A stretch of 63,706 nucleotides of DNA, filler included, from Reclinomonas americana ATCC 50394 (taxonomy: Eukaryota): assembly GCA_048213135.1 (NCBI GenBank). It is 20 parts of 20 records of this genome, joined end to end, with 100 filler letters (N's around TTAATTAATTAA, not from the genome) between each part and the next. Parts side by side here need not be neighbours in the genome. Positions count along the whole stretch, not along the records: positions 18,391 to 23,027 come from AFZH01018657.1; positions 23,128 to 25,780 come from AFZH01018658.1; positions 25,881 to 27,747 come from AFZH01018659.1; positions 27,848 to 30,724 come from AFZH01018660.1; positions 30,825 to 33,286 come from AFZH01018661.1; 15 more parts are not named here. One strand, 5' to 3'. A program made the translations under genes and the position numbers. A model generated the notes under the pieces. It was not told the DNA's origin. It made no database searches and saw only the letters and a list, made by a program, of their open reading frames with translations. This document shows, piece by piece, positions 19,037 through 31,149 of this stretch. Every line of letters begins with the position of its first letter. Position 1 is the stretch's first letter.

Positions 19037-19963
19037 CGGAGGCCAAGAAACAAGCAGTGTCTTGGAGGACAAGCTGACGACGTCAGCTGAAGCTGCGACT
19101 GCAAGCAACAGCTGTCTTTCCAAGACATCTACACAAACACCATAGTCTTGACGGCAGCAGCAGGTTTCTGTGTGTTCGCTCTCGGAGCTCCGACAAGTCG
19201 AGAACCACGATATTGCAATTGTCCACAAATCCCTTGCACACCAACGATATACAAAACACGTAATTGCTCTTCTCCAACAGTCATCTTCCCTAAGCCAATC
19301 AAACGCGTGATGGCCTCGAAAGGATTCCGGGGCGCAAATGGTGTCGCTAGACGCTGAACTCGTTGAAGCAGGGTACTGCAGTAGCGACGCGATGGTTCCA
19401 ATTGCCCTCAGGTGGGAGATTGTTTGCTTGGTTCTGATTTTGAGCCGGCTTGCCACCTGCACAGCGGAAGGCGAACATCACATAGTCCGCCCGCAGGAGG
19501 CGAGGAAGAAGGCGAAACACAAAGCATTGAAGCAGAAGGCGAAGCAGAGAGAGGAAAGCACAAGACGAATAACAAGACGAAGGAGAAGGCGATACAGAAA
19601 GGAGGCAGAAGGTGAAGCAGAATGAATACCAGAAAGAAATGCAAAAGGCGAAATAAGGCGCAGCATCTGTCCACCACTCAATGTCCATCTTCTTCACCGA
19701 CACCCGGGTAGCCTGTGCACACGTTCACGTTCCAACTTGCGTAAAAACAATCGGCACGTACGTAACCACTGCTCCAGTGTGGCTCGGCATGCTTGATTGA
19801 TTGAATCTCCCATCCATGCGACCACCTCCCTCCTCCTTGCTCAGGTGTGCAGCGAAGGAGAGAGAGAGAGATAAAGAGAGGAAAGCCGTTCGTTAACGTC
19901 GAGTCTCCTGTGGGGGACTATCGATCACCTCCCTCCTCCTTGCTCTGTTGTTATCATTAGTGT

Positions 19964-22307
19964 TCAATTCTTTCCCCTCGTTAATGGCTCCAGCAGCATG
20001 CCACCGCCATTAACTGCATCCGGCGACTGCTGCTTGGACGCGGAGAACCACCTGCGTAATATCAGCGACAGGATCCAGTAGACGCCGCGCCATCTGTACC
20101 GCAGTGTGTGTGAGTGCCGTGGAGACAGGGGAATGGTCGTCGATCACGCAACAATGAGAAGCAGCCGCCGATAATGGCGACTTCAGAGCCCAAGAAGTCG
20201 GTCACGGTGAACTGGTAAATCTCCTGCGGACGACGTCAGTAGAGGAGCACAGCACGAAACAGCACACGAAAGATGCACACGAGAGGAACACAGCATGACA
20301 GAGCACACGACATATTTGTACCCCAACCAAGAAACAACTCAGCTAACGGAAGTACACGAGGCAGCCACGTCAGACACCAGACCACTAAAGCAGCACATCG
20401 CAGAAACCAAGCAACGCAGGAGAGGAACAAAGCACGACACAGCAAAAGACACAATGCATGTCCCAACAAGAAAAGAACAAAGCAGTGGGGCAGCACTAAA
20501 TTAACAAGCACCTAAGAGAACATCACGACACTTGTACAGTCAAATAGCGTTTGCAAAGACGCGCTAGCAGCACACAAACGAAGCACACGTGCTGGCGATA
20601 ACAGCGCACCACATTCACCGGTACACAGAACATTCCTCCTCTTCCCCCTTCTCATCATCTCTTTCTCTCTCTCTCTCTCTCCCATTTCTTCTCCTATATC
20701 TCCCTCCTCCCATCCACACCTGAAAGGTCGACAGCGCAGGACGCACGCCTGCATGGCAGAGAATTAGCAATCAGCTCAGCTCACCGTCTCATCATTCTAC
20801 GACGCAACACATACCAATGGACACCTGGTAGCCACTCGGCAGCGTGCTCGCGAAGAATGCCGGCGAAAACGATGAAATCTACAAGAAAAGATGAGCTGCG
20901 ATCATGTCGAACGCAAAGCACCTCGCCCATGGATAAACCTCAGACTGCTCGATCACGTGGTACTTGTAATCCTGACTCGAATCCATGTATTTGTATTGCT
21001 GAATTTCAGTGACGAGGATCTCGAAAAACTGACCATACCAGTTGAGCGAGTCAGTCGCGATAGAATGACGAGGGGAGTAGAAGGGACAGGAAATGCACCT
21101 GGCGACCAGGGAGCGCCGCATTGGAAATGGCTTGCGCGACGCTGTTGGATTGCATCTGCAGCAGCACAAGCGTGAGGACAACAATCACGCTGCTTTTGCA
21201 AACGGAGAGCACAAAGGATACGAAACGACGTAATTGAGCGACAACTCTGGCACCTGTGCCACGTTTTGTATGACTTCTGTGATGTGAGAAGAGAGAAGGT
21301 GAGAAAACCGACAGAAATGCGTGCTGGTGCGCGCCAAGACGCACTTTGGTAGTCCGCGTCTTCCCGAGGGGTCTGCGCACGAGGGAGGTGAGCACCAAAT
21401 ATCTTCTCCCAGCAGATTGTGGCGAGGGATGTACAAAACGAATAAATACAGGAAAAATGTGGAAGGCGGTGGCGTCGAGGCTTTGATGACCATCGCGTAC
21501 CCTGCGTAAAAGGCGCGGTGAACGGAAAGAGATAGGAGTGCGTCTCACTCGAGAGCGCGCTCTCTCTTTCTTTCTAACGAACAAAACACTTTATCCAGCA
21601 CATTGCAACAATGCCAATATACAAACACTCAATTACTCCTCTCCAACAGTCATCTTCCCTTGCAGGGGTTCTCACTCCCTCCTCTCTCTCTCTCCTTCCC
21701 CCTAGTCCATATCTCCCTCTCTCCCCCTAGTCCATATCTCTCTCTCTCTCGCAGGGCTACTTCCCCTTCGCTGTATCACTCTCCACTCTCTTCTCCCTCC
21801 AGTCTCTCTCTCTCTCTCTCTCTTCTTTCTCTCTCTTTCCCCTTTGCTGCGTCTCTCTCTCCCTAATCCATCTCTCTCTCTCCCCAACTCACCAGGATTG
21901 ACAGTCGGCAACGCGCCGGAAATGACGTACTCCTTTTGCTGCGTGTTGGCAAAGTAGCAGTATGAAGTGCCTTCCTCAGTCGAAATAAAGGTGAATGCTT
22001 CGGCGTTGTACAAGCAATTGTCGCCGGGGTACGGCGCCGGCGTCCACTTCCTGCAATCGCCGCGCGTCCGTCATTGGAAGAAAGGGAAGAGAGAGCGAGC
22101 GAGCGAGAGAAATGATGCGCAACTCGGTCACGTTGAGGAACGTCCGGTCGTTGATGATCGTGCTGCCGCGCCACAAAGGATGAGTGAGATCAACACGGAG
22201 GAGGGGGCCGCAAGGCACGTACCAGCTCACGTCAACGGGAATCACACTTGCTCCGACAGTGCAGAAGAGGATGGCCGGGAAGGCTATGGATTGCAGGTTG
22301 GTGAACT
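19964..22307 (-). CDS. Two-transmembrane membrane protein, copy 2 (tandem paralog; first exon not located)
   Basis: Same exon series as copy 1 with substitutions (FTNLQSIAFPAILFC, GTSYCYFANTQQKEYVISGALPTVNP, GQFFEILVTEIQQYKYMDSSQDYKYHVIEQ, DFLGSEVAIIGG). Stop at 19964. Confidence 0.65.
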
Positions 22308-23257
22308 GGGAGATGGTGGGGAGAGTGAGGTGAAGGGAGATGGGGGAAAGGAAGAACCAAGCAGCGAGGATACAAAAGAGGAGAGTATGGGAGAGGAGAG
22401 GAAAGGAGCGAAAAACTGGAAGTCTCGATAACGGCGGCGATGCGAGTCAATAGGAAGGATCTCGTGTGCAGAAAAAAGAATGAATGAAAAGAAAGAGTGG
22501 GTTGCGAGAGAAGCACAGAAAGCAAACGAGATAGACGGTGAGGGAGACTTGGTGCAGGAGAAAAGTGGAGGAGGAGGAGGAGGACTAGGATAAAAGGTAC
22601 AGAGACGCAGTGGTAAGTGCTAACGAGGATCATTAGTGCAGACCGAGAGAGAGAGAGAGAGGATGAGTTGACAAGAATGCAGGAGTAACGAGCGATGTGA
22701 GAAACAGAGCACAGAATGAGTGCGAGTGAAAGGTAGGGAGAGGAGAGTGAGGGCGGAGAGAAGGTAGAATGCAGATACTTCACTGGCCTCCCACAGCACG
22801 AACAAGAGAGAAAGAGAAGGAGAGAGAAAGAGAGAGAGCAAGATAGAGAGACCAACGGACGCACTCCATCTCACAACTCACCTCCGTCGTCCACACTGCA
22901 CGCACAAAGAGAGAGTCAACAATCACATCAGTCGCCGCTCTCTAGATCTCCCACGCGCCCTCTCCCATTCTCTCCCTCCTCGCTCTGCTCTCGCTCTGCT
23001 CTCGCTGCCCTCACAGTCATCTTTCTCNNNNNNNNNNNNNNNNNNNNNNNNNNNNNNNNNNNNNNNNNNNNTTAATTAATTAANNNNNNNNNNNNNNNNN
23101 NNNNNNNNNNNNNNNNNNNNNNNNNNNGGCTGCCAGCTCGTGTGCTGTAGATGCAGTTTTCCTGTCTTTCCGTCTGTCTCGATCAATAGCCACCACGCCA
23201 TGTGTCTTTTCTTGGAGATGGCATCTCTTCGTGTGCACTCACTCTCGTGGTTCACAG

Positions 23258-24217
23258 TGAACACAACTTGGAGCACCGACTGCTGCAGTGGGCGGAGCGT
23301 GGACTGCCGGCAATGTCGATTGAGGCACGCATGACGTGCATGCTGCGATGTGCCGAGACTGTTGCTTCGCTGCACAAGTTGCGTGTCACATGCCTGTTGC
23401 TTCGCTCTCCATGTTTTTGGACTCACGTCGTTGATGATGCAGGCATGTGAGTGAGAGATGTCATGCGTGTTGACTGTGTGCGTTTGCTGCATATATCTCC
23501 TTGTTAACTAACTCGTGCCTTTCTGTGCGCTTGTCGGGATGCGCAGAATGGTACGTGTCTGTTCTGCGTCCTCTGCTCATTTCGTTCCACTCACTTTCTC
23601 TCTCAGTGATCCATTGCGACCTGAAGCCAGTCAGCATTCTGTTCAACCACAGTGGAATGGCTTATATCGCGGACCTGGGAGTGGCGCACTGGTTCCGCAC
23701 CGAGGGGGTGAGTGACACTCTCCTTCGCTGTCTCTCCCTTCCCCTTTCCTCCCCTCATCCCTTCCCCTCCTCGTGCCACAGACGCACCTGTCTGTGCATT
23801 TTGCTGGCGACCCCAAGTACGCCGACCCCAAGGCCATGCACGGCCAGCTGCGACCGAGTTCGGATGTGTTCTCTCTTGGTCTCGTCCTCCTGCAAATGCT
23901 CAGCGGTCTGCCGATCGAGGAGGTGCACTGGCGAGTGGAAGCGCTGGAGCAGATGGAGGAAGTGGGCGGCGATGCTTTGCTCAAAGCCGCTGTGGATTTG
24001 GCGGATAGAGATGTCGGTCGACCGTGGCCGGCTCCTGTGTGTGAGCGGACAGTGCGATTGGCACTGAGGTACCTTGTGTGTTTGCAAGAGAGTTGCAAGG
24101 AAACACGCTGACTGACCAATCTGCAGATGCCTGGATGGCCGCCCAGCACGCCGTCCAACAGCGCAGCAGCTGGCGAGCGAGCTGAGTGATCTTGCGGTGT
24201 TGGCGTCAGGATGTTGA
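23258..24217 (+). pseudogene. Kinase copy A (3' part): degenerate IRAK/Pelle-like kinase lacking the RING
   Basis: Close paralog of copies B and C. Catalytic loop reads HCDLKPVS instead of HRDLKPxN. Stops at 24215-24217 after SELSDLAVLASGC with the RING sequence missing. Could be a pseudokinase rather than a pseudogene. Confidence 0.6.
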
Positions 24218-24363
24218 CGTGGGGAATGGGTACGATTCCCGCTTGTTTGTGGATTGTTTGTTTGTTTGTATAGTTGATGCGAAGTAGTGAGTTGGAATGA
24301 ATGCAGTCACGCAGAAAAGTGGTAAGAATTGTTCATGTGTTGTCGCATGCTGCGCTCCCTCAT

Positions 24364-24520
24364 CGTGGCCGGCTCCTGTGTGTGAGAGGATTGTACGCCT
24401 TGCGCTGAGATTGTGTCTAGATCTGATACACGCGACCAGCCTGCAGATGCCTGGATGGTCGCCCAGCATGCCGTCCAACAGCGCAGCAGCTGAAACTGGG
24501 GAGTGAGCTGATCTCACAGT
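24364..24520 (+). pseudogene. Orphan duplicated fragment of the kinase C-lobe exons
   Basis: WPAPVCERIVRLALR and CLDGRPACRPTAQQL repeated here without the preceding kinase exons. Confidence 0.6.
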
Positions 24521-24566
24521 GTTGTTTCATGTGACGCAGTCGCTAATATGTCTTGCCTCGCCGCAG

Positions 24567-25740
24567 GCGTCTGGGGCGTCTCCATCTCCCATCGACGCCT
24601 CCTCCCGCACTCCACTCGAGCAGGCTGGCAACGGACAAGCTCTGCCCCAGCCCGCGGCCGATGCGCTGCAGCAAGAACTCGAGGAGCAGCGACAGCGGGC
24701 AAGCGAATGGCAAGCTCAGGTGCAGCACCACGAACAGACCGCTGCTCTGCTGCGACTGGAAGTTGAGGCAGCGCAACGTGATAGAGAGGGAGCCGTGCAG
24801 CGGGTACAACAACAGGTACAGGAACTGCAGCGACAGCTGGACGAGCAGCGAGCGAGGATGAGCGAGTGGCAGCAGCGTGCGCAGCAGCAGGAAGCGACCA
24901 TCGCTGAGCATGCCGCCTCGCTCCAGCAACAAGAAGCCGCGCGCACTGCGCTGCAGGAGGCGCTGGATCGTGTGGACGAGCAGCGACAGCGCGAGCATGA
25001 CCGAGCACAACGACTCGAGGCTGATCTGGCTGCCGTGCAGCGCGATCTCACCCACCGAGGTGCGTGTGACAGCAAGAGGGGAAGGAGGAAGGATGATGGA
25101 AGGAGACTCACTTTGTTTGATGATGATGAATGCAGCGCCGTTGACGGCATTTTCTTGGGAGCAAGTGGTGTCGATGAGCAGCAACTTTGCGGAGCGATTG
25201 GGCGGCGACGGTGGACAGGGCAAGGTGTTTTGTGGGCAGTGGGCCGGACAGAGTGTGGCCATCAAGGTGTTTGACAGTGCGCTGCCGTGGTGCATTGAGT
25301 CGTTCTCCAATGAGGTGCGTGAAGGAGATAAGAGAGAATGTGGTCTTCTCGCTCACACGCCTCGTGTCTCAGTTGGAGAAGCTCAAGGCGGTGAGTGTGG
25401 CTGGTGTGGTGCCGCTGATTGGGTTTGCGGAGTCGGACGACGGCAAGCGATGTGTGGTGCTCGAGGCGATGAGGTGAGTGTGATTCACAACAGAAGGATT
25501 TTGGTGAGTGAGAGAGAGAGCTTGCCAGTGATGTTTTGATGTGCAATGGTCGGTGAGGTAGCGCTGACTTCAAGGATTGGAGTGAGTGTAGAGGATAAGC
25601 GAATTAGCAATGGGAGTGGAGGATTGAGCGGGAGTCACAGAGAGTGTGTGTGGTGTGTGTGTGTGTGTGTGTGTCTGTGTCTGTGTCTGTGTCTGTGTCT
25701 GTGTCTGTGTCTGTGTGTGTGTGTGTGTGTGCGTGCGTGC

Positions 25741-25780
<40 letters not shown>

Positions 25781-27437
25781 NNNNNNNNNNNNNNNNNNNN
25801 NNNNNNNNNNNNNNNNNNNNNNNNTTAATTAATTAANNNNNNNNNNNNNNNNNNNNNNNNNNNNNNNNNNNNNNNNNNNNGTGTGACGGCGAGATAAAGA
25901 CCAAGAGAAAGAGTTTGCAGTGAACTGGTGGATGTGTGAGGCATAGAGAGAGAAATAGAGAGAATGGAATGGAGAGAGAGAGAAAGAGGAACGGAGCGAA
26001 AAAGAAAGAGTCGAGAGACTTAAAGAAGAGGGAGGGAGAATGAGAAAGAATGAAAGAATGAAACAATGAAATAGAGAGATTTCAATGCGTGGCACTGAGA
26101 GATTGATTGAGAGGCAAGACAGAGGGAGAGAGAGAGAGGAGCTCTTTATTCTGGATGTGACTTCTTCTGCCTCTCTCTCTCTCTCTCATTCTCGATTACC
26201 ACTACCACGCCTCTTGGTCTTTCTTTTGATCAGCTATTCGTGTTCGCTCATTCCCTCATGATTCGCAGTGAGCACAACTTGGAGCATCGACTGCTGCAGT
26301 GGGCGGATCGTGGACTGCCGGCCATGTCGATTGAGGCACGCATGACGTGCATGCTGCGATGTGCTGAAGCTGTTGCTTCGCTGCATAAGTTGTGTTTCAC
26401 ATGCTTCTGTGTCTCCATTTCTTTGGACTCACATTGCTGGTGATGCAGGCATGTGCGTGAGAGAGATCATGCGTGTGGTGCTTCATATTTCTCCTTGTTA
26501 ACTCACTCGTGCCTTTCTGTGCGCTTGTCTGGGTGCGCAGAATGGTACGTGTGCCTGTTCTCCACCCTATGCTCATTTCGTTCCACTCACTCACTTTCTC
26601 TCTCCCTCTCTCAGTGATCCATCGCGACCTGAAGCCAGCCAACATTCTGTTCAATCACAGTGGAATGGCATACATCTCGGACCTGGGAGTGGCGCACTGG
26701 TTCCGCACCGAGGGGGTGAGTGTCTCACCTCTCATTGCATGTCACTGTCGCCCTACTTCTCCCTCATCTCTTCTCTCACCCCCTTCTTCGCGGTACAGAC
26801 GCACTTGTCTGTGCACTTTGCTGGCGACCCAAAGTACGCCGACCCCAAGGCCATGCATGGCCAGCTGCGACTGAGTTCGGATGTGTTCTCTCTCGGTCTC
26901 GTCCTCCTGCAAGTGTTCAGCGGGCTGTCGATTGAGGAGGTGCATCGGCGAGTGGAGGCACTGGAGGAGATAGAGGATGGCGTCGATGGCGAAGCACTGC
27001 TCGACGCCGCGGTGGATCTGGCGGATGGTGGTGTCGGTCGACCGTGGCCGGCTCCTGTGTGTGAGAGGATTGTGCGATTGGCACTGAGGTACCTTGTGTG
27101 TTTCCCAGAGAGAGTTGCGAGGAGACACGCTGACTGATCAATCTGCAGGTGCCTGGACGGTCGCCCAGCACGCCGTCCAACAGCGCAGCAGCTGGCAAGC
27201 GAATTGAGTGACCTGACGGTGCTGTCGTGCCGACGGGCGTGCATGGTGTGCGACGGACTACGCGAGACGCGACTGCGTCCGTGCATGCACCAGGTTCTGT
27301 GTCGGGAGTGCGCGGAGCGGCTGGCGAGCAAGGGCGGCGAATGTCCAGTGTGCCGTGTGCGAGTGGAGGGTGTGGATGCGGGCGAGGGATATGGATTCCA
27401 CACGTATGTGGCTCTGCCGCGAGAGGGAAGAAGCTGA
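24567..27437 (+). CDS. Coiled coil, IRAK/Pelle/RLCK-like protein kinase, C-terminal C3HC4 RING (copy B), spans one gap
   Basis: Q/E-rich coiled-coil exon; FSWEQVVSMSSNFAERLGGDGGQGKVFCG; VAIK; VIHRDLKPANIL; SDLGVA; GDPKYADP; SDVFSLGLVLLQ; WP...LALR|CLDGRPARRP; RING CMVC...PCMHQVLCRECAERL...CPVCR. Stop at 27437. Start codon not located. Confidence 0.88.
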
Positions 27438-27847
27438 TTTGTTGTTGTATTTTATTGTATTGTATGATGCGGAGTAGACGCGGAAGAGAGTGTGGGGCAG
27501 ACGCCAGCAGACCACGCATGATCCGCAGGCGACGTCGACGTCGATTGACATTGCTCTCATACTTCGACCTTCTTGTGCACCTCTGTTGCGCTGCGAATTT
27601 CGTCGAATCGGTGATCCTTACAGCATGCACTCCGCTGTTGCTCGACGACGAGGTCAGAAGGGCGCTTGCGACGGATGCGTTCTAAGTCAATTTTGCCGAC
27701 GTCCCGCACACAACGCGTCTCAATAGAGAGAGGATCGCCGCAGCTCCNNNNNNNNNNNNNNNNNNNNNNNNNNNNNNNNNNNNNNNNNNNNTTAATTAAT
27801 TAANNNNNNNNNNNNNNNNNNNNNNNNNNNNNNNNNNNNNNNNNNNN

Positions 27848-30138
27848 ACTGGATCGCGTGGACGAACAGCGACAGCGCGAACATGACCGAGCCTTGCGAC
27901 TCGAGGCTGATTTGGCCGCCGTACAGCGGGATCTCGCCCACGGAGGTGCGTGAGGCAGAGGCAAGAGGGATAGGGGATGATCGATGGTGAGAGGAGACTC
28001 ACTCTGCTTGTCTATTATTGCAGCACCGTTGATGGCATTCTCGTGGGAACAAGTGGTGGCGATGAGCAATAACTTTGCGGAGCGACTGGGCGGTGATGGT
28101 GGACAGGGCAAGGTGTTCTGCGGGCTGTGGGCCGGACAGAGTGTGGCCATCAAGGTGTTTGACAGTGCGCTGCCGTGGGGCATCGAGTCGTTCTCCAATG
28201 AGGTGCGGATGGTGGATGGGGAAAGGATGAGAGGAGGAGAAAATGTGTGCGTCTCACTCTCTTTCTGCCTGCATCGCAGTTGGAGAAGCTCAAGGCGGTG
28301 AGTGTGGCCGGTGTGGTGCCGTTGATTGGGTTTGCGGAGTCGGACGATGGCAAGCGATGTGTGGTGCTGGAGGCGATGAGGTGAGTGTGATTCACAAGAG
28401 AAGGTTTTTGGTGTGAGTGAGAGAGAGAGAGAGCTTGCATGTGATGTTTCGATGTGCAATGGTCGGTGAGGTAGCGTTGACTTCAAGGATTGGAATGAGT
28501 GTAGAGGATAAGCGAATGAGCAAAGGGAGTGGAGGATTGAGCGGGAGTCACAAAGAGAGGGAGTGTGTGTGAGAGAGAGAGAGGCAGCGAGATAAAAGAC
28601 GAAAAGAAAGAGATTGCAGTGAACTGGTGGATGTGTGAGGCATAGAGAGAGAAATAGAGAGAATGGAAAGGAGAGAGAGAGAGAGAGAAAGAAAAAAAAG
28701 AGGAAGGGAGAGAAAAAGAAAGAGTTGAGAGACTTAAAGAAGAGGGAGGGAGAAAGAAAAAGAATGAAAGAATGAAATAGAGAGATTTCAATGCGTGACA
28801 GAGGGAGCGAGAGAGGAGCTCTTTATTCTGGATGTGACTTCTTCTGCCTCTCTCTCTCTCTCTCTCATTCTCGATTACCACTACCACGCCTCTTGGTCTT
28901 TCTTTTGATCAGCTATTCGTGTTCGCTCATTCCCTCATGATTCGCAGTGAGCACAACCTGGAGCACAGACTGCTGCAGTGGGCGGAGCGCGGATTGCCGG
29001 CCATGTCGATTGAGGCACGCATGACGTGCATGCTGCGATGTGCCGAAGCTGTTGCCTCGCTGCATAAGTTGCGCAGCGTGTGCCTTGGTGTCTGTTTCGC
29101 TCTCCATTATGTTGGACTCACGTTGTTGCTGCTGATGATGCAGGCATGTGAGTGAAAGAGAGCATGCTTGTAGTCAGTGTATTTGCTTCATCTTTCTTTT
29201 TGTGGACTCACTCTTTTTTGTGCGCTTTTTTTCGGGATGTACAGAATGGTACGCGTTCCTGTTGTCCGCGCTCTGCTCATCTCGTTCCACTGACTCAATT
29301 TCACTGTCTCAGTTATCCATCGGGACCTGAAGCCATCCAACGTTCTGTTCAACCACAGTGGAATGGCCTACATCTCGGACTTGGGAGTGGCACACTGGTT
29401 CCGCACCGAGGGGGTGAGTGTCTCACCTCTCATTGCATGTCACAGTCTCCCTTCGTCTTCCCTCATCTCTTCTCTCTCCTTTTCCTTCGTCGTGCCACAG
29501 ACGCACTTGTCTGTGCATTTTGCTGGCGACCCAAAGTACGCCGACCCCAAGGCCATGCACGGCCAGCTGCGGCCGAGCTCGGATGTGTTCTCGCTCGGTC
29601 TCGTCCTGCTGCAAGTGTTCAGCGGCCTGCCGATTGAAGAGGTGCATCGCCGAGTGGAGGCACTGGAGGAGATAGAGGATGGCGTCGATGGCGAAGAGCT
29701 ACTCAAAGCCGCGGTGGATCTGGCGGATGCAGGCGTCGGTCGACCGTGGCCGGCGCCAGTGTGTGAGCGGATTGTGCGATTGGCACTGAGGTACTTGTGT
29801 GTTTCCAAGAGAGAGTTGCGAGGAGACACGCTGACTGACCAATCTGCAGATGCCTGGATGGCCGCCCAGCACGCCGTCCAACAGCGCAGCAACTGGCGAG
29901 CGAGTTGAGTGATCTGACGGTGCTATCGTGCCGGCGGGCGTGCATGGTGTGCGACGGACTGCGTGAGACGCAACTGCGTCCATGCATGCACCAGGTGTTG
30001 TGTCGGGAGTGCGCGGAGCGGCTGGTGAGCAAGGGCGGCGAGTGTCCAGTGTGTCGCGTGCGGGTGGAGGGTGTGGATGCGGGGGAGGGATATGGATTCC
30101 ACACGTATGTGGCTCTGCCGCGAGAGGGAAGAAGCTGA
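27848..30138 (+). CDS. Coiled coil, IRAK/Pelle-like kinase, C3HC4 RING (copy C; 5' end in gap)
   Basis: Same exon structure as copy B, with HRDLKPSNVL, an intact RING and a stop at 30138. Confidence 0.88.
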
Positions 30139-31149
30139 TGTATACTAGTAGTGTACTGTACAATGCGACGAGAAAGAGAGTGCGACGGGAGACATCCGTT
30201 TCCCTCGACTTGGCCAGCGACCGAAACAAACAACACGTTTGCGACTGCGACCGCGGTTGCAAATAGGAACGGCAATCAGTGGGCAGTTGTCTACCTCAAA
30301 GGATGTCGATGTCTTCAAAGTCACGGCTTCGCTGGCGGGCCTTTTGATGTGCCGACCAGTCGACGTCGTCTTCTCTGAGCAACGTCGTGACCATTGCTAA
30401 CGCCCAAGCAATATCGAGCATTTCGTAACATTATAGCGACCAACGTACACCTTCCCCACAGCACAAGCAACCACCGCACAGCCAACGTCGACGTCAGCAT
30501 TATGCTCAAAATAGCCACAGTGACGTCACCGACAACATCCTTGCTTCGTTTCTGACACGCCAATGTCGTCAGCACTGCCTGCTGTGCAGCGCCACTCGCC
30601 CGACGATGACAGCGGCTCTCTAGTTCGTCCACTCGCCGAACTGTGCTTTGTGCGACCAGGCTCAACAGCAACAACAACAACAGCAACTCCGACTCCGACT
30701 TCTTCTTCTTCTTCTTCTGCGACTNNNNNNNNNNNNNNNNNNNNNNNNNNNNNNNNNNNNNNNNNNNNTTAATTAATTAANNNNNNNNNNNNNNNNNNNN
30801 NNNNNNNNNNNNNNNNNNNNNNNNTCTCCCTTCACTTCCCCCTTCCTCTCCCTTCACTTCCCCCTTCGTCTTCCCCTGCCATCTTCCCCTTCCGTCTTCC
30901 CCTGCCATCTTCCCCTTCCGTCTTCCTCTTCCATCTTCCTCTTCCATCTTCCCCTTCCGTCTTCCTCTTCCGTCTTCCTCTTCCATCTTCCCCTTCACAT
31001 CCCCCTTCTCTTCCCCCTCTCTTCCCCCTCTTCCCCCTTCTCCTTCCCCCTTCTCTTCCCCTTCTCTTCCCCTCCCTTTCCCCTTCTCTTCCCCTTCTTT
31101 TCCCCCTCCCTTTCTCTTCCCCTCTCTCTCCCCCTGCTCTCCCCCACAG

